A DNA stretch of 64,000 nucleotides from Psammoneis japonica (lineage: Eukaryota). The stretch spans positions 1 through 64,000 of the forward strand of contig QPGO01000148.1 in assembly GCA_008632985.1 (NCBI GenBank), given 5' to 3'. A model generated the notes under the pieces. It ran no database searches. It was not told the origin of the DNA and was given only the letters and a program-made list of their open reading frames with translations. This document shows, piece after piece, positions 13,201 through 26,519 of this stretch. A program made the position numbers and the translations under genes. How positions within the stretch are numbered: the stretch's first letter is position 1; each line of letters opens with the position of its first letter.

Positions 13201-16200
13201 GGGATTGTCCTGGACCTTGACGCCAAGGTGCCACAGCTGCTTTGGGTCAACCAACAAGTTCTCCATGGAATCAGGCATCCACAAGCCCTGGTTGAAGACC
13301 AGAGTGAACGTTGCTCCCAATGTTGGTGATGTCCAAGCTGTGGCCACTGAAACTGTTGGGACACTCTTGATGGAATCGCACCCCTCATTGAAAGGCAACA
13401 CACTTCATTCTTGTCCAGAACAACCTGAGAAGGTAAAGCTTTGACCAAAAACAGTGGTGTCAGCATGCAAATCCATTTCATGTGTGAGTGATTCATGTGT
13501 CAGATGGCACTGCTGAGATGCGTCATGTCAAGGCAACAACTGCATGGATTTTGTTTCTCTGACTGACATGGCTGTCTCCAGCCCCAATGTGGCAACCACA
13601 ACATGAGGTCCGTGATGTTGCTGAGCAGGGGATCCAGCTTGGCAGTCAACTCTGCTTTCCATTGCACCTTCTGCTGTGACCGCCAAATGCGTCCCCAGCA
13701 TTGTGCCCATCTTGAGCATCATGCCTTGAACTGCCATTGCCAGAATCAGTGTTGATGCTGGTGTTCAAGGCAGAGATTTTACAGCTTGCTTCTTCAACCC
13801 TTCAACCACCACAGAGCAAATCTCCACGGTGGAGATCTGCTCTGCTCAAAGAATTGTGATGTGTCATGCATTTGCATGACAATGCAGTGCACATGTCATG
13901 AAAAGGCACATCATGTGCAATCTGCGCAAAACACACCACAGGCAATTTTTCAATGCAAGCAAATCTCCGCCAGCGGAGATTTGCTCCAAGGGTGTGGCAT
14001 TTGCTGCTCCGTTGTGATTGTGACACATCACAAATTTCATTGTCAAAGGTTGAGATTTGGTTCCTCTCTGCACATGGATGAAACATGCAAAAAACCTGGT
14101 GCAAAAGTCAACATTGAACTTTCTAAATTGCAAAAATGCCCCCACAGAGCTTTCGTCGAATGCGTGCTCCAAAACAAATTCACGTGGATCAGCTGTTGTT
14201 CACATCTGGAAATGCCACATTTGTCACATTGGTGACACAAGCAAGCAAATTTCCACCCGCAGAGATTTGCTCAAGTCCGGTGGTTGAAGGGTTGAGGATG
14301 GATCATCATTTGTTTGGAGCTTGCAAATGTTTGAAAACAACCCGGATTTGTCACTTTGACAATGCGCGCATTTGCCAAAAACAACTCATTGACAGGTCAA
14401 ACTTTGTTTGTTTGCAAGACAACATGGGGTTCACAACATGTGATGGTTGCAACCATGCACGATGTGCAGCTCAACGACTGCAAATGTGTCCATGGCTGGT
14501 CAAACCCCAGTTGTTGGCATTTCCTGGAAAGTTGTGGCTTGTCTGCCACAAACAGTCCAATTTGGGCAGAAAATGGCGGTTTTTTGCATGTGGCAACAGC
14601 GGCACATGCGACAATTGACATTTGAAGGTCAGCGTGCGCAGTTCACACAGAGGTCGGACAGCCCTGATGGGGGCTGGACACACTCATGTGTGTTTGGGGG
14701 TGCTCAGAGGCATCGTGAGCAACACGGGTGAAGTGCTGGAAAACTCAAAAATCACCAGCCATTTAAAAAAAGAAAACAGTGCAAAACAACAATCCAGCCT
14801 CAAGCTGCAACAACAGCTTCTGGTTCTTCTGCGTGAGCAACTTGACAGATGCAGTGCAGCGTTTGGGGTTTCTGGGTTGTTTGGCAACACCCAGACTGTT
14901 TGTCCTCCTTGTGGCATCCAGCATCAATGAATCTGTCTTCATTGCAGATGGTGCCACCCTCCCTTCCTCCTCTAGAGGCAACTGTGGCAATGGCACGACA
15001 ATGTGCAATCATCTCTGGAAGAGTGGCAACCTTTGTGGCAAGATGGTCAGCTGCCACGGCAAATGTGATGCCTCCTCCAAACTTGTTGTGTGCCTTCAAG
15101 GTTTCAACTGCGGCTTGCAGTTGTTGGTGCTGCGTCTTCTCAAAAAGGATGCACAATTTCTGGGCCTCTGTCTTTGGCTCATCATTCTCTTCAAAGACAT
15201 CAAACATTTCTTGAAGTTTGTCAATGAATGACTCAAAAGGCACAGCGCGCTTGCTCCTGCAGTGGGGAGCATGTTTGGCTTCAGAGATGCAATGGAAGGT
15301 GTTTCCTTCTCCCTGGCAGTGATTGCACAATGCCCTGAAGTCCACTTGTCCGTTCTGCTCATCCTTGTGGTCTTTCAACCACTGTTCACTTGGTGTCCCC
15401 ACAGCAAGGGATTCAATCAACAAGTGAGCTGCATGAGTGTCTGCTTCAAAAACAGAGCCTTTGAGAGGTGCACATGCAATGCACTTCTGGACAAAAGTGT
15501 TGTGACCTTCAGGTTGAGGCTCATCATTGTGGCAAGTGCGGTGCACCAACGGCACCCCAGAGACTCCCAGCATGATGCCAAGCATGTTTGTCAAACCAGC
15601 CCACCACTCAACCCAATCCTTCTTGTTCTCTGACATCCCAGGTGATGCCTTTTTGCCAAGAGATTCAGCAGTGGCCTCAGTCTGGGAGCAAATCTCAGCA
15701 CGACTGAGTGCCATCTACAGTGCAGCACAAAGAGTTGCCTGGTTGAGCCCATCAAGGGCAGGATCTTCACTCATGTGACCAAAGTCCTGAGCCCAGTGTA
15801 TGAGAGCCTTGAGTTGGTGACTGCAGGCCAAACCAAATGAGTGCACCCTTCAGCAGCTGCCCTCCCAGCACATGATGATGCAAGAGAGTCAACACCTTCT
15901 TCCTTGAGGTCTTCCAAATCATCGAAAGATGCAAAGTCTGCCACAAGCAAGACTCGTTGAGCTGGATCAACAAATCCGATCCATTCAAGAGCTGTCTTGA
16001 TTGGATCCAGAGGAGCAGCCGCCATGGTGGTGCCTGGACCAGTGGAGAAACAAAGTTGTGTGAGAGATCACATGATGAGATGATGTCTCAATTTTGTGCT
16101 GATGACAACACATGGCCATTGGAGGCATGGAGATTGACCATGTCATCTTGCTGCTTGCGCGCTCACTGATGCCAGGTGATGACAATCATCACACATCCTT

Positions 16201-16354
16201 CGATCAACTGGCATTTGTTGTCATGACCCTGCCATCATGGCGTGATTGTTTCTTCACAGTTGTTCATCGTTTTTGTCAAACTGAGCATGTGAGCAATGGC
16301 TTGGCTCTGACAAAGCAAGCAAATCTGGCTGCTGGACAGGCTCAGCCACTCACA
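10269..16354 (-). mobile_element. degenerate Ty1/copia LTR retrotransposon (diatom CoDi-like)
   Basis: gag ~16025-14800; protease-region LVFNQGLWM; QWKDRSTTWVDLKD; RT with YVDD (11251-12024); RNase H FVDDSHAGN...TFGAE...KKKHHSIAHH (10523-11056). A 39-bp LTR end is shared by 10269-10307 and 16316-16354 (TGTGAGTGG on minus). Confidence 0.9.
13798..14291. mobile_element. piggyBac-like non-autonomous element (MITE) nested in the copia element
   Basis: TIRs CCCTTCAACCACC ... GGTGGTTGAAGGG, subterminal GAGCAAATCTC / GAGATTTGCTC, flanked by TCAA and TTGA (both one transition from TTAA). Confidence 0.75.
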
Positions 16355-16518
16355 ATCTCAGTGTGATGATGAGAGTGCAACCAATGAGATGCTTCTGGGC
16401 CTGTCACAACTGCAATTGCAACAAGAGTGAGACCGTTTCTGTGGTTGCAGAGTTTCCCTCTGATGCCACGTCACAGTGCCACCACCTCAACTGCCATGGC
16501 ACAGCAGACAATCCCTGA

Positions 16519-16897
16519 TGCAGTGTGCATGCAGACAAGAGGTTGTGACACGTCGCCGTGATGCATCAACTCTTGTCAGTGGCTGCACGTTGCACTCCTC
16601 CCCATGTGTCACGCGTCCACACGGCTCTTTGCTGACGTGTGCTGACACTGCACGGTTTTGGTGGAACAGTGTGGGCACGCACGAAGGAACACACAGAACT
16701 GCACAGAGTTTCATGCGTTCGACAGTGATCAACGTTGCTGCAGACAACTCCCACTCAGGGTTTCGAACCCCTGGCCTCCTGCCCAATGGTTGCGATGAAC
16801 CACTCCGCTGTGAATTCACAATGCAGCATGCATGCAGACAAAAGGTTGCAACACGTCGCCGTGATGCATTGACTCTTGTTGGCAGCTGCATGTTGCA
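16519..16897 (-). mobile_element. tRNA-derived SINE-like insert (~16595-16821) between 76-bp direct repeats (16519-16594 / 16822-16897)
   Basis: Minus-strand A-box CAGCGGAGTGG (16810-16800) and B-box GGTTCGAAACC (~16769-16759) about 30 nt apart. Confidence 0.5.
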
Positions 16898-17551
16898 ATG
16901 ATGCTCTGGATTTCACTCGCGTGTGTTGCGCACGCGGGAATGGAACAAGAGTGCATGCAGCAGGCAATTTTTCACTTGGTGTGGGCAGAGCATTTTGATG
17001 AACTCGACTCAAGTGCAGCAAGAGTCAACACACCAAAGCAACCCAGATGACAAAGTGTTGGAACGAATGCATGACAACAACTCAACTCAATTCAATCCTG
17101 GAATTTACACAGCCCTTCCCGACTGCTGCCCATCCCAAGCTTTCAACAATGCCTGACATGCCATTCAATCCACAACCATTGACAGGGTCAGAGCACACAT
17201 GCAATGCAAAACAAGTGCAACCCAGCATTTGCGGCTTTGTGGGTGGAAACACTGCACAACTGAAAATCACATTGGATTCCCAATCAACATCAAATGCAGC
17301 AATGACTGTTCTTGCCACTGACGCTGCTTTTGTGGCCAACGTCTTTTGCAGTCCTGGTTGTCTGCCAGGGCTGCTTCTGGTCTGGTGAGCCATCATGCCT
17401 GATGGTGGTTGGAGGTGCTGGGGGGTGACCACCAAATTCCCAATTCTTCATCGATGCACCCATCCAAAATGCTGCAATTTTGTAGAAGTTTTTTGCAGTG
17501 CCAGGCAGCAATCACAGCTCAGGATGACTCTGCCATGTGAGATGCTGCACA

Positions 17552-17941
17552 TCAAATGCAAAAGAGAGTGAATTTGCAGAAAATCCAACAGATGCCTCCC
17601 AGCTCCCCACAACAAGCACTCTGATCACTTTCCCTGTCTGGAGCATGATTGACACTGTGACATTGGTGTGAGCGACCTTCTGATGGCAACAGCATCACAT
17701 CTGCCATTGCTGTCATTTTGTTGAACAAGCTGTCTGTCACAATGTTGGCTGTTCCTGCAATGATTTTTTCAGCAAGTGCAGATTCATCAGGTTGCTGTCT
17801 GTGTGGCAGGCAGGGCCATTCAACAGGGTCAGTGTTGTGCTCAAGTTTCGTCGATGCACAGCCAGTGGTCATGAGCCTGTTGCTCCCATTTTGCATCGCT
17901 TCAGCTGGGAAAAATCCTGGGCAATTTGTTCTCATGACCAT
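17552..17941 (-). pseudogene. RNase H relic of a non-LTR (LINE) retrotransposon
   Basis: ALAEKIIAGTANIVTDSLFNK...SDQSACCGELGGI resembles the GTAxxVSDGSF...QSAYRxELGG pattern. Confidence 0.55.
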
Positions 17942-18814
17942 TTAGAAGGCAGACTTGATTCCCTCTGCTGCGCCATTGAGGATGTCTTGAGTGGCACTCC
18001 ACACCCTTGAGTCGTCCCTGACCTCCTTTTGCTTGCTCCTCCTCATCTTGTCCCTGCAGTCTGCCTCGCTCTGCTGTGCTTGCCAGCCTGACCAATCCTG
18101 CCCAACACCTGGCATTGCAAAGAGTCCCAATCATTTGCGCAACAGTTTCTGTGCTCTTCAACCTGTTGAGAATGAACAAGTTGAAGTGCGACAGTTGTGA
18201 GAAAAGACTCCAGTGAGTGTCTCACAGCAAATGTTCTCAGAATGAGTGTTTGCCCATTTTTGGACTTTCTCTCACCTTTCTTTTCTCATGTGTGCTTTTT
18301 CAAGTGTGATGAAGCATGTCATGCATTGGCATTGTTGGCAGGAAAACTTTGGCGGCAAAGTGGCATCAGCTGTTGAAGTTGTGAGATTCGAGCATGCATC
18401 TGGGACGCCAACAATCTGGGTCTGACCGTCTGCCATAATCTGGGCATTTCTTGACTTCAATGCCAGATTTTTGTCAACTCACAAGCCAATTCTCTCCTCA
18501 AACACAATGAGAGAACTGCGCAAGTTCACAAGCTTCTAAAACCCAAATTGCTCCTCACTTTTAAGCACGATCATTCCTTTCACACAATGCAGACCTGCGC
18601 CCCAATTGACATTTGGGGTTTCTTGTTCTTTCAACACAAATGTTGCTGCTTGTGATCCACCCTCCTTTTCTGCCAACTCGTCCTACATTTCATCTCATTG
18701 CCACGCCGTTTTCAAATCCAAATTCCCAATTGCCACACGTTGTTGCATCCAAACCACATCGCAGAATGTTTTTTTTTAATTTTCACTTGTCTGGACATTG
18801 TTGTTTGTTTCAAA

Positions 18815-20189
18815 TTAAGGTTGCACACCAGTTTGGTTGGTGGCCATTGCGGCATTTGCTGCCGCTCCATTGCCTGCAGCCACCGCCTGCAATGGCAGGT
18901 CCTCTCCCATTGGCGCCGCCCACCCTTCCTCTCTCTCCTTTCTTTTTTCCTCTCTTTTGCGTTTCTTGTTTTCCTCCTGAGACAAGTTTGTCTTCTCTTG
19001 CCTTCTCTCCTTGAACCATGCACCGAATCCCTGGTTGTTCTCTCTGTCTTTCACCACCCACTGATGCAGATCATTGCACTTCTCGATCCCCTCCTTGCTC
19101 CATCCTTGGCTCCTCTTTGCCGATTCCCCTGCCGCCTGCGCTGTGTGCTTTGCAGGAGCAGCATCTTTCACAGTTGGCTTTCTTCTCCTTGCAACATTTT
19201 CTTCCTTTTCCAATTTCTCTGCCATGTCCTTCACCTTGTTGCAGCAGTTCAAGTGCACCAGCAGAGCAAACGCCTCCAATGAAACCGAAAGCCATTCCTG
19301 AAGCATGTCGGTTGTGCTTCTGCCAAACTGCGCTTGTCCCACCACCGTCAGCACCACAGTTTCCAAGAACCACGCGTGTGTGTCCTTGTCATTTCTTCCC
19401 TTCATCAAGTCTTTGCAAGCCACCAGCGATCCCTCTGAAGCAGCAACTGCACAGACAACAACAAAGGAAGAGACGCTCATCCCGTTGGACAATCGCCTCC
19501 AACACAATCACCGGCACGCACACATCTGCTTGCCTGTCATTCACCTCCTGATGTTGTCCTGCACATTGTTCCTCTTTTGGTTGAGTTTGGTCCTGAACAC
19601 CTCTTTGCATTCTTCCCAGAACTTCTCCGGTGAAGACGCCATGCTCCTTGACTCCTGCAGAACCAATTTCATGCAATCTCCTCCCACGGCGAGTTCATGA
19701 TCGAAGATTGTGAACATGCGACATGGCCAAACACTCTCATTGATGACCTTGGTGAACATCGATGCTGTCAATTTCTTGCTCACCGCCGGTGCATGATCCA
19801 ACACAAGACATCCCTCTGTGGGAGTCACCACCGAACTTGAACTGCCACCTGCATGCTGGAATCTGTTCAATTCCCCATGTTCGTTTCTTTGTGCATGCAA
19901 CAAGGCCGCCACCGCAGGGCTCATGGTGACTTCATGTGACACCACACAGATCAATCCAATGATTGTGTCAGTTCATCAGCAATTCTTTGTCATGTTCTTT
20001 CTCAATCTCACTTGCCGCTGGAAGTTGCACTTCCTCCCTCCGTCGCTCCTGTGAGAACTGTGTCCTCCATTTTTTTTGCCTTCCCAATGGCTTCCTCTTT
20101 TTTGGAACTTCTGTCCTTTCCTGTTGCTTCATGAAAGGCAAGTTGCGAAAAGAGCGCACTTTTGCGTGTGATTTTCTCGGTTTTGTCAT
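18815..20189 (-). pseudogene. transposon-associated protein of unknown function (fragmented)
   Basis: FWEECKEVFRTKLNQKRNN and SLEAFALLVHLN...KHT...GWSKEGIEKCNDL...VVKDRE, a motif set I associate with DNA-transposon accessory ORFs in diatoms. Confidence 0.45.
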
Positions 20190-20959
20190 TGCTCGCGTGT
20201 CCTCTCTCGATTCAAACAGGTCTTTGTGTCATTTTTGAGTTCTCATTCCCAACCCCATGTTTGTGTTTCTATCAACGTTTCACTGTTTTGAATTGCACAC
20301 CTTTTTTAGCCAATCCAACACACCAATGAAGATTGCCACATCATTTGGGTCAATGCCAAACAACATGTTGCATCTCCTCACATCAATGCATGCATTGTGC
20401 TTCCTTGTTGATGCAACATCTGCTTCCTTTGGTGTGTCAAGTCGTGTCAAACCTCCCATTTGAACAACTTCAAGATTTTCTTCAACAACTGCAATGGGCG
20501 AATGCTTTTTGACAACAACGCGACACAGAACCAACTCAAGGAGATGCTGTCCAACGAGTGTCCTGAAGGTGCTGTTGTCATTTCACTGGACGTGATGTTT
20601 TGTGTTTGTGCGCACAAATGGAGGCATGGAGCATTCTTTGTTCCTGCCTGTCCAGACGATCCATCGTGGGGAGGCGGTGTTGACAGGCACCTGCCTCACA
20701 AGTGCACCAAGAAAAGAGATGATGCCGTGGAGACTGGGCATTCCACTGGGAACGACCTGGGGTCTGACATCAAACGTAAATTCAAGCCTGCCAAAAGTGG
20801 GTGACTTTGCAATTTCACTTTGTTTGTGATGCAACTGTCGTCCATGCAAGCAATGCATTGTAAATTGGCCCTTTGCACAAACCTGCTTTGTGCCCACATC
20901 AACTTGCCACTTCGCCAGTTTTGCACTCCAACACACACTTGTTCACATGCTTGCTGTGT

Positions 20960-21817
20960 TCACACGCATGCCATGTCGAAATTGTGGACTGGACATGCCA
21001 TGTTCCTTCGACCCGAATTCGTTTTGTTGGGCAAAGCTCGGCGCAACATTCTTGCATCAAAAACAAATGCAGTGCCTGCTTCTCCAACCAGCAATTGTTT
21101 TTCCAAACCCAACCCAACCAGTTGTCTTTCGTGTTCCTTCTCACTCAATGTCACCTCACAACTGTCCGGCCATGTCTCCACTGCACCATTGTGCTCCATC
21201 GTGTCATCGAGGAACAGAAACATGGTGAAAATTTTGTTGCCAGGTGATGATTTTGTTTCCACGCAATTGCAATGAATTTCCCCCTTTGACCAGAAGTTGG
21301 ATCTTGAACTTGAAGCAGGAGCGTTTGCTGCTGTGTGCCGGGATGTCTTTCTGCTTAAATCACCCGCCAGGGGAAAGCCAGGAATTGACTCCAACATTTT
21401 TTCTGCCAACCCAATGCCTTCCGCCTTTTCCTTTTTGTCAATGGCGAACTCACCGACAAAACGGTGTCCTTCCTTTTCTCCCTTCCTGCTTGGTGCCTTG
21501 TTTGCAAGCGTTGCCATCTTGTTGAGCAGGGGTGGTGGCGTTTTGAATTTTTGCAAGCAGCCTTTTTTTCTTTCCTGGTGCTCTCTTTCTTTGGACCCCA
21601 CCTTCTCACTCTTGACGACATGAAATTTCATTTTGCCCGGGTGTGTTGGCAACTGGCCATGTTTCTGGCATGACGTTGTCGGCCATCGGGCAAATTTCCG
21701 GCATCCGTTCACAGAACACTTCCGCGCCATTCTCTGAAGTTGCCTGTTCTGCCAAATCAAATGGCACCCAGTCTTTTTCTTTAAGTGGAACAGACCCAAT
21801 GTAGCGAAAGTCTGCAC
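20960..21817 (-). pseudogene. PhyH-like 2OG-Fe(II) dioxygenase, degenerate
   Basis: IFTMFLFLDDTMEHNGAVETWPDS...GEAGTAFVFDARMLRRALPNKTNSGRR matches PhyH-family spacing (LDDxxxxNG, GxxxxFDxxxxHxxxPN, R); metal ligands appear mutated. Confidence 0.65.
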
Positions 21818-22464
21818 CCATCACTTTGCAATGAAAACGGCTTTCTCGCCAAATGTGTGTTGCCAATGGCAGCCCATCTGTTGTGGGCACCACGGGTGTT
21901 TTTTTTTGTAAATGGCCCCATGTGATGTTTTGACAATGGCAGTCCATCTGTCGGGTGCATCACAGATGTTTTTTTTGCCAACAGTTGCATGTGATGTGAT
22001 CTTCGTCAATCCTGTTTGCTGAATGATCTCATCAAATCGGTCATCCTGGCCATCTCAAAAGCGCGGAAAACAATTTTGTTGCTCACAATTCTGTCAGTGA
22101 CAATGTGAGACATTTTCACATCACCACAGCAGCAAAAGCTTCCATCCACCGCACATTCCACACCACAAACAAACTGTTGCTGTTTCAGCATTGCACCTGT
22201 CTGTCAACAGAGCAATTTGTTGTCACTTTTTTGTTGTTAGAACTGTTTGTCAACAAAGTAATTTGGCATCACTTTTCTGTTGTTAAACACATTTGTTGAC
22301 AGAAGAATTTGGCAGCAGTTTTTTGTCAATGCACGTGTGTGGCAATGCACACCTTTGGCATCACTTTTTCACTTGTGCACTTGACACTGGCCTGCACAGC
22401 ATCGTGACATAAAGTGCATCTCCCACAGCAAACCACATTCTCCCGAATCTTGTCCAAGTCGCTG

Positions 22465-23448
22465 ATCAACTCATGTTGAGCAGCAAACAGACATTGTTTG
22501 GGTGACTCCATTTCTTGTCTTCTGCAGCCTTGTCATTCCCTTTGCAGAACAACAACCTCAAAATGATCCCACCCCAAAGAATCACACCAAATCCCTTGCC
22601 TGTTAGGCCACATCACCGCAGTGGAACCAACAAATCTCTTTTCCGTCCGACACATCGCACTTCTCTCCCGATGACATTCCACCCGACTCAACCTGAAGTG
22701 TCAACCAATGATCCATCTGGGTGTTGTCCCCCGCCGGTGCATCTGGCCCCGTTTGGCATAGAAAACAGCCTTGACACCAAATTGAGGCTGTGTCATTCTC
22801 CCACACGTTGGGCAAATGAACACGGTCACGTTCATTCGTCACTCAAAAAAAGTGGTTTGACAGATCACTCAATCCGTGGCATTGTGCTGATGATGTTTGA
22901 TGCGAAAATCTTTACGTTCGAGAGCAGTGGGAAGAGCAATGCATGCAACCCAAACCATCAACTCATGTTGAGCAGCGAACAGATGTCGTTTGGGTGGCTC
23001 CATTTCTTGTCTTCCACAGCCTTGTCATTCCCTTTGCAAAACAACAACCTCAAAATGATCCCACCCTGAAGAATCATGCCCAATCCCTTGCCTGTCAGGC
23101 CACGTCACCGAAATGGAACCAACGAATCTCTTTTCCGTCCAACACATTGCACTTCTCTCCCAATGACATTCCACCCGACTCAACCTGCAGTGTTGACCAA
23201 TGATCCATCTGGGCGTTGTCCCCCGCCAGTGCATCTGGCCCCGTTTGGCACAGAAAACAGCCTTGACACCAAATTGAGGCTGTGTCATTCTCCCACACGT
23301 TGGGCAAATGAACACGGTCACGTTCATTCGTCACTCAAAAAAAGTGGTTTGACAGATCACTCAATCCGTGGCATTGTGCTGATGATGTTTGATGCGAAAA
23401 TCTTTGCATTCGAGAGCAGTGGGAAGAGCAATGCATGCAACCCAAACC
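22465..23448. repeat. tandem duplication, 2 x 492 bp
   Basis: Units 22465-22956 and 22957-23448 align end to end; differences are mostly transitions. Confidence 0.9.
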
Positions 23449-23593
23449 ACCTGTGTGAATTTGCAAAATGGCCGGTGCACCCAAGCTGCGTTAGATTGGC
23501 TTTGAAGGAGGCCGCCCTGCCAGAGCTGGCTCAACGAAAGAAAAAAAAGGCATGCAAAAAAATCATTGATGCTCGCTGCTTCCAAAACAAAAA

Positions 23594-25264
23594 ATGCAAA
23601 AGATCTGCAGCAGCGCAGGCAAGGGATTGCATCTTGCATGCTGCTTCCAATTCCCATCTGTTTCTTGCCTAAAAAAATTGTTGTTGTTGTTTCCTAGAAT
23701 GACACCATGGCCAAAGCTCCAACGATTGCAACTGGTGTTGATTCCTGTGTGGAAGGTGCCAAAGACAATGGCAATGACACAACATGGGCGGAGACGGATG
23801 TCATGGATGACGAACAACAAATTTGGACTGTTGCAGACAGTGAAGAATGTTCGTCGGCAAGGGATTTCATCTGTCACACTGCTTCCCTTTCCTGTCGGTT
23901 CCCTGCCTGACAAAGTGCATGTTGATGTCTCCCAGAATGATGGCAATGATCAAAGTCAAACGATTGCCACCGGTGTCAACTCCGTTGAGGTGGCTGCCCA
24001 TGACAACGACAACGACTCTACATGGGCAGAGACAGATGACATGGTTGACAGCATGGAAGTTGGTGGTGATTTAAATGGAAGTGACAAAGATGCGCTCAAC
24101 AGCATTCAAACTCAACGTCCAGCGGATCTTGGATGTGACGTCTGCACAATTGACAAGAGGATGCGCTGCACTTCCTCGCCAAAGCACACAGAGTGTGATG
24201 TTCTAAGTTTGCACAGATCAGCGGAACGGAAGAGATCATCCAAAGAGACAAAGTTCGATCACATTTGCTTTGACTGCGTGCATTCAAACCCGGCCTGTCT
24301 CTCGGCTTCAGTTCCAAAGGGACCTTTTTTCCAAGACACACTCAGGGAGCTGCTGCGGTTGCTGACGGATGATGGGATGTTCTTCCTGCCTGCACATGAT
24401 CTTGCGTTTTCCGAGTTTTGGATCGAATGGCAGAAACAACATGTGTCGGAAGAGTGCCTGATGCGCTTCTTGCGTGAAGAGCAAGCACACGACGAGGTCC
24501 CCATCCTTCGAGACGAGGCACAAGCAGACATCTCTGCCTGCGGAAAGTTTTGCACAAGGGAAGAATGCACTGAGGATTGTGAGTTAAAACACGAAGAAGT
24601 GAAACGCCTCACAGCAACAGATGAAGGTACATTGGCGCATTTTCCAGATTTCGGGGGTCCAGTCAAACACATCGGATCAACTGGAAGAAGAAAGGACCAT
24701 TGCCATGCACCAGTTTTCACCGGTGATGACTGTGTGCATTGTCCAACATGCAGTCTTAAGAGACACGAGCGTTTTCGGCGATGCCCACATTGCAGGCCAG
24801 TTCCCATCCGGAATGCTGTGCAGTTTGATCTTGGCTACAAAGACGCACCTGACTCAGCATGTGGGATAAAAAACAGCAAGAAAACCAGCAAAGAAACTCT
24901 CCTCCAGCAAATCAAACAGTGCAACGCCGATCTTCTCAGCTGTTGGAGGCAGAAGGACCAACCACATGGGGTTGGTGGCAAGAACTGGGGTTTGTCCTTA
25001 ACACGTCCCAAAAGCATTGGCGAAAATGCGAACAATGAAAGAGAACTCAAGGAAAAATTCTGCCTGAAACAACCTCACCGGAAGTCCAACAAGCCATCTG
25101 ACACGTTCAACAATGACACTCCATTCATTGAAAAACCAGGCAGGGCGGGAACGAGGTGTTCCCTCATCATCCACTTCAAGCTGCATGTGGGTGGGCGCAG
25201 CCCACTTCCGGCAGAGGGAGGACAAGCTGGAGAAGAATTGTCCGTTGGTGTGGGAGGAGATTGA
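23594..25264 (+). pseudogene. 556-aa ORF with a possible Rossmann methyltransferase-like core
   Basis: LGCDVCTIDK...KFDHICFDCVHSNPAC...LLRLLTDDGMFFLP; restoring TpA gives GYDVYTID...FDYICFDY..SNPAY. Confidence 0.35.
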
Positions 25265-25559
25265 GCTGGACTCCAAAGGACTTCGGGGAGGGGAGGAGGG
25301 GGTTCATCGTGGGAGAAACCAAACCCAGCAGGATCATCATGGTCATCCAGTGATTCATCATGGTCGTCATCTGAAGGGGGAAGTGCACGGGTGGCAGCAG
25401 AAGATGCGGCATGCAGGCGAAGGGACAATTCCCAAGTGCTTCTGTAGATGAAGGGCGATGTTGGAAAAGGGAACACGGCAATGGGGACACCTGGGTTTGT
25501 TGGTGTTGGATCCAAGGGAGCCGACGGAGGCAGAATCCAGAGCATGAGAGGAAAGAGAT

Positions 25560-25830
25560 GTTCCGCCAGATGAAGAAGACAATTGGGTTGTGCAGCGCAA
25601 CTGTGTCAATGGGGGATGGAGATCAGATGCTGCGGTGCAGTGCCAAGACAGGTGACACTGCACGTTGTTTTCAGAGTCAAATCCACGTTGTCCGCAACGA
25701 GGACAACTGAAAGACTTGGTGGAAACGGCGGAACGGAGGCAGCCAGTTGCGATGTGCCTGCTGAGGCCACGTTCGGAAAAGAAACCGGTTCGTTCACACC
25801 ATGGACAAACAAGACCATCAGACGACATGG
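25560..25830 (-). pseudogene. N-terminus of a protein with two C2H2-like zinc fingers, truncated (possible transposase start)
   Basis: CPWC...GLSRH and CPRC...VQCHLSWH, oriented inward from the terminus at 26743. Confidence 0.45.
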
Positions 25831-26519
25831 CCGATGTACATGGACGAAGGAGTTGAGAAGAGAATCGAAAGTGAACAGTGGGTGCAGCAACAATCACTTG
25901 GGGGTGCAGTGAGGGCAGAAACACGGAGGTGCAACGTGCGGATGGACGGGGAGGAAGGATGGAATGGGCAGGGAGAGAAAATTGAGAAAACAATTAGAAT
26001 CTAGATTGATGGATGCAGGCGGCGATTTTGATCCAGAAAGTTGATTGACACACAATCCAGAAATTAAAATGGAGTTGAGCACACACATGAGGCTTGTCGG
26101 ATGGGGGGGCAAATGGTTGAATTGAGGAACACAGATGTTTGTTGTTGAATGTTTCAGAAAAGCTGGCTTGTCAAATCAGCACGATCTTGGATTGAAGGGA
26201 GAAAATGTCGGGTTTTATTTCAAGAAATCTTGACGGCCAGTGCGACACCTGGATCGTTGGTGTCCCAGATGTGAGCAGCAGCAAGAAAATCACACAAGGC
26301 GTTTTGTCCACATTTGGACTTTATCTTACCTCTCTTTTCATGGACATGCTTGTCAGAGCAAAATGTGGCATGTAATGTGTTGGTGTTGTTGGTGGCACAA
26401 TCTAGCATCGGCTGTTGCTGCCGTCATGTGGTCTGTTTCATTGTTGTTTTGAGCGAGCGACGTCTGGGAGTCGTGCGTGCGAATTCACTATTTGGAACAA
26501 TGACTGGTGTTAAGTAGTT

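Larger units (their letters stand above)
5850..26450. other. TpA-depleted (and in part CpG-depleted) hypermutated domain 1
   Basis: TA nearly absent; translations Cys/His-rich and Tyr-poor; most ORFs end in TGA. Confidence 0.9.

Noticed and set aside
5850..26450. Many overlapping Cys/His-rich ORFs
   Set aside because: Artefact of TAA/TAG loss and Tyr->Cys/His conversion; not metal-binding proteins.
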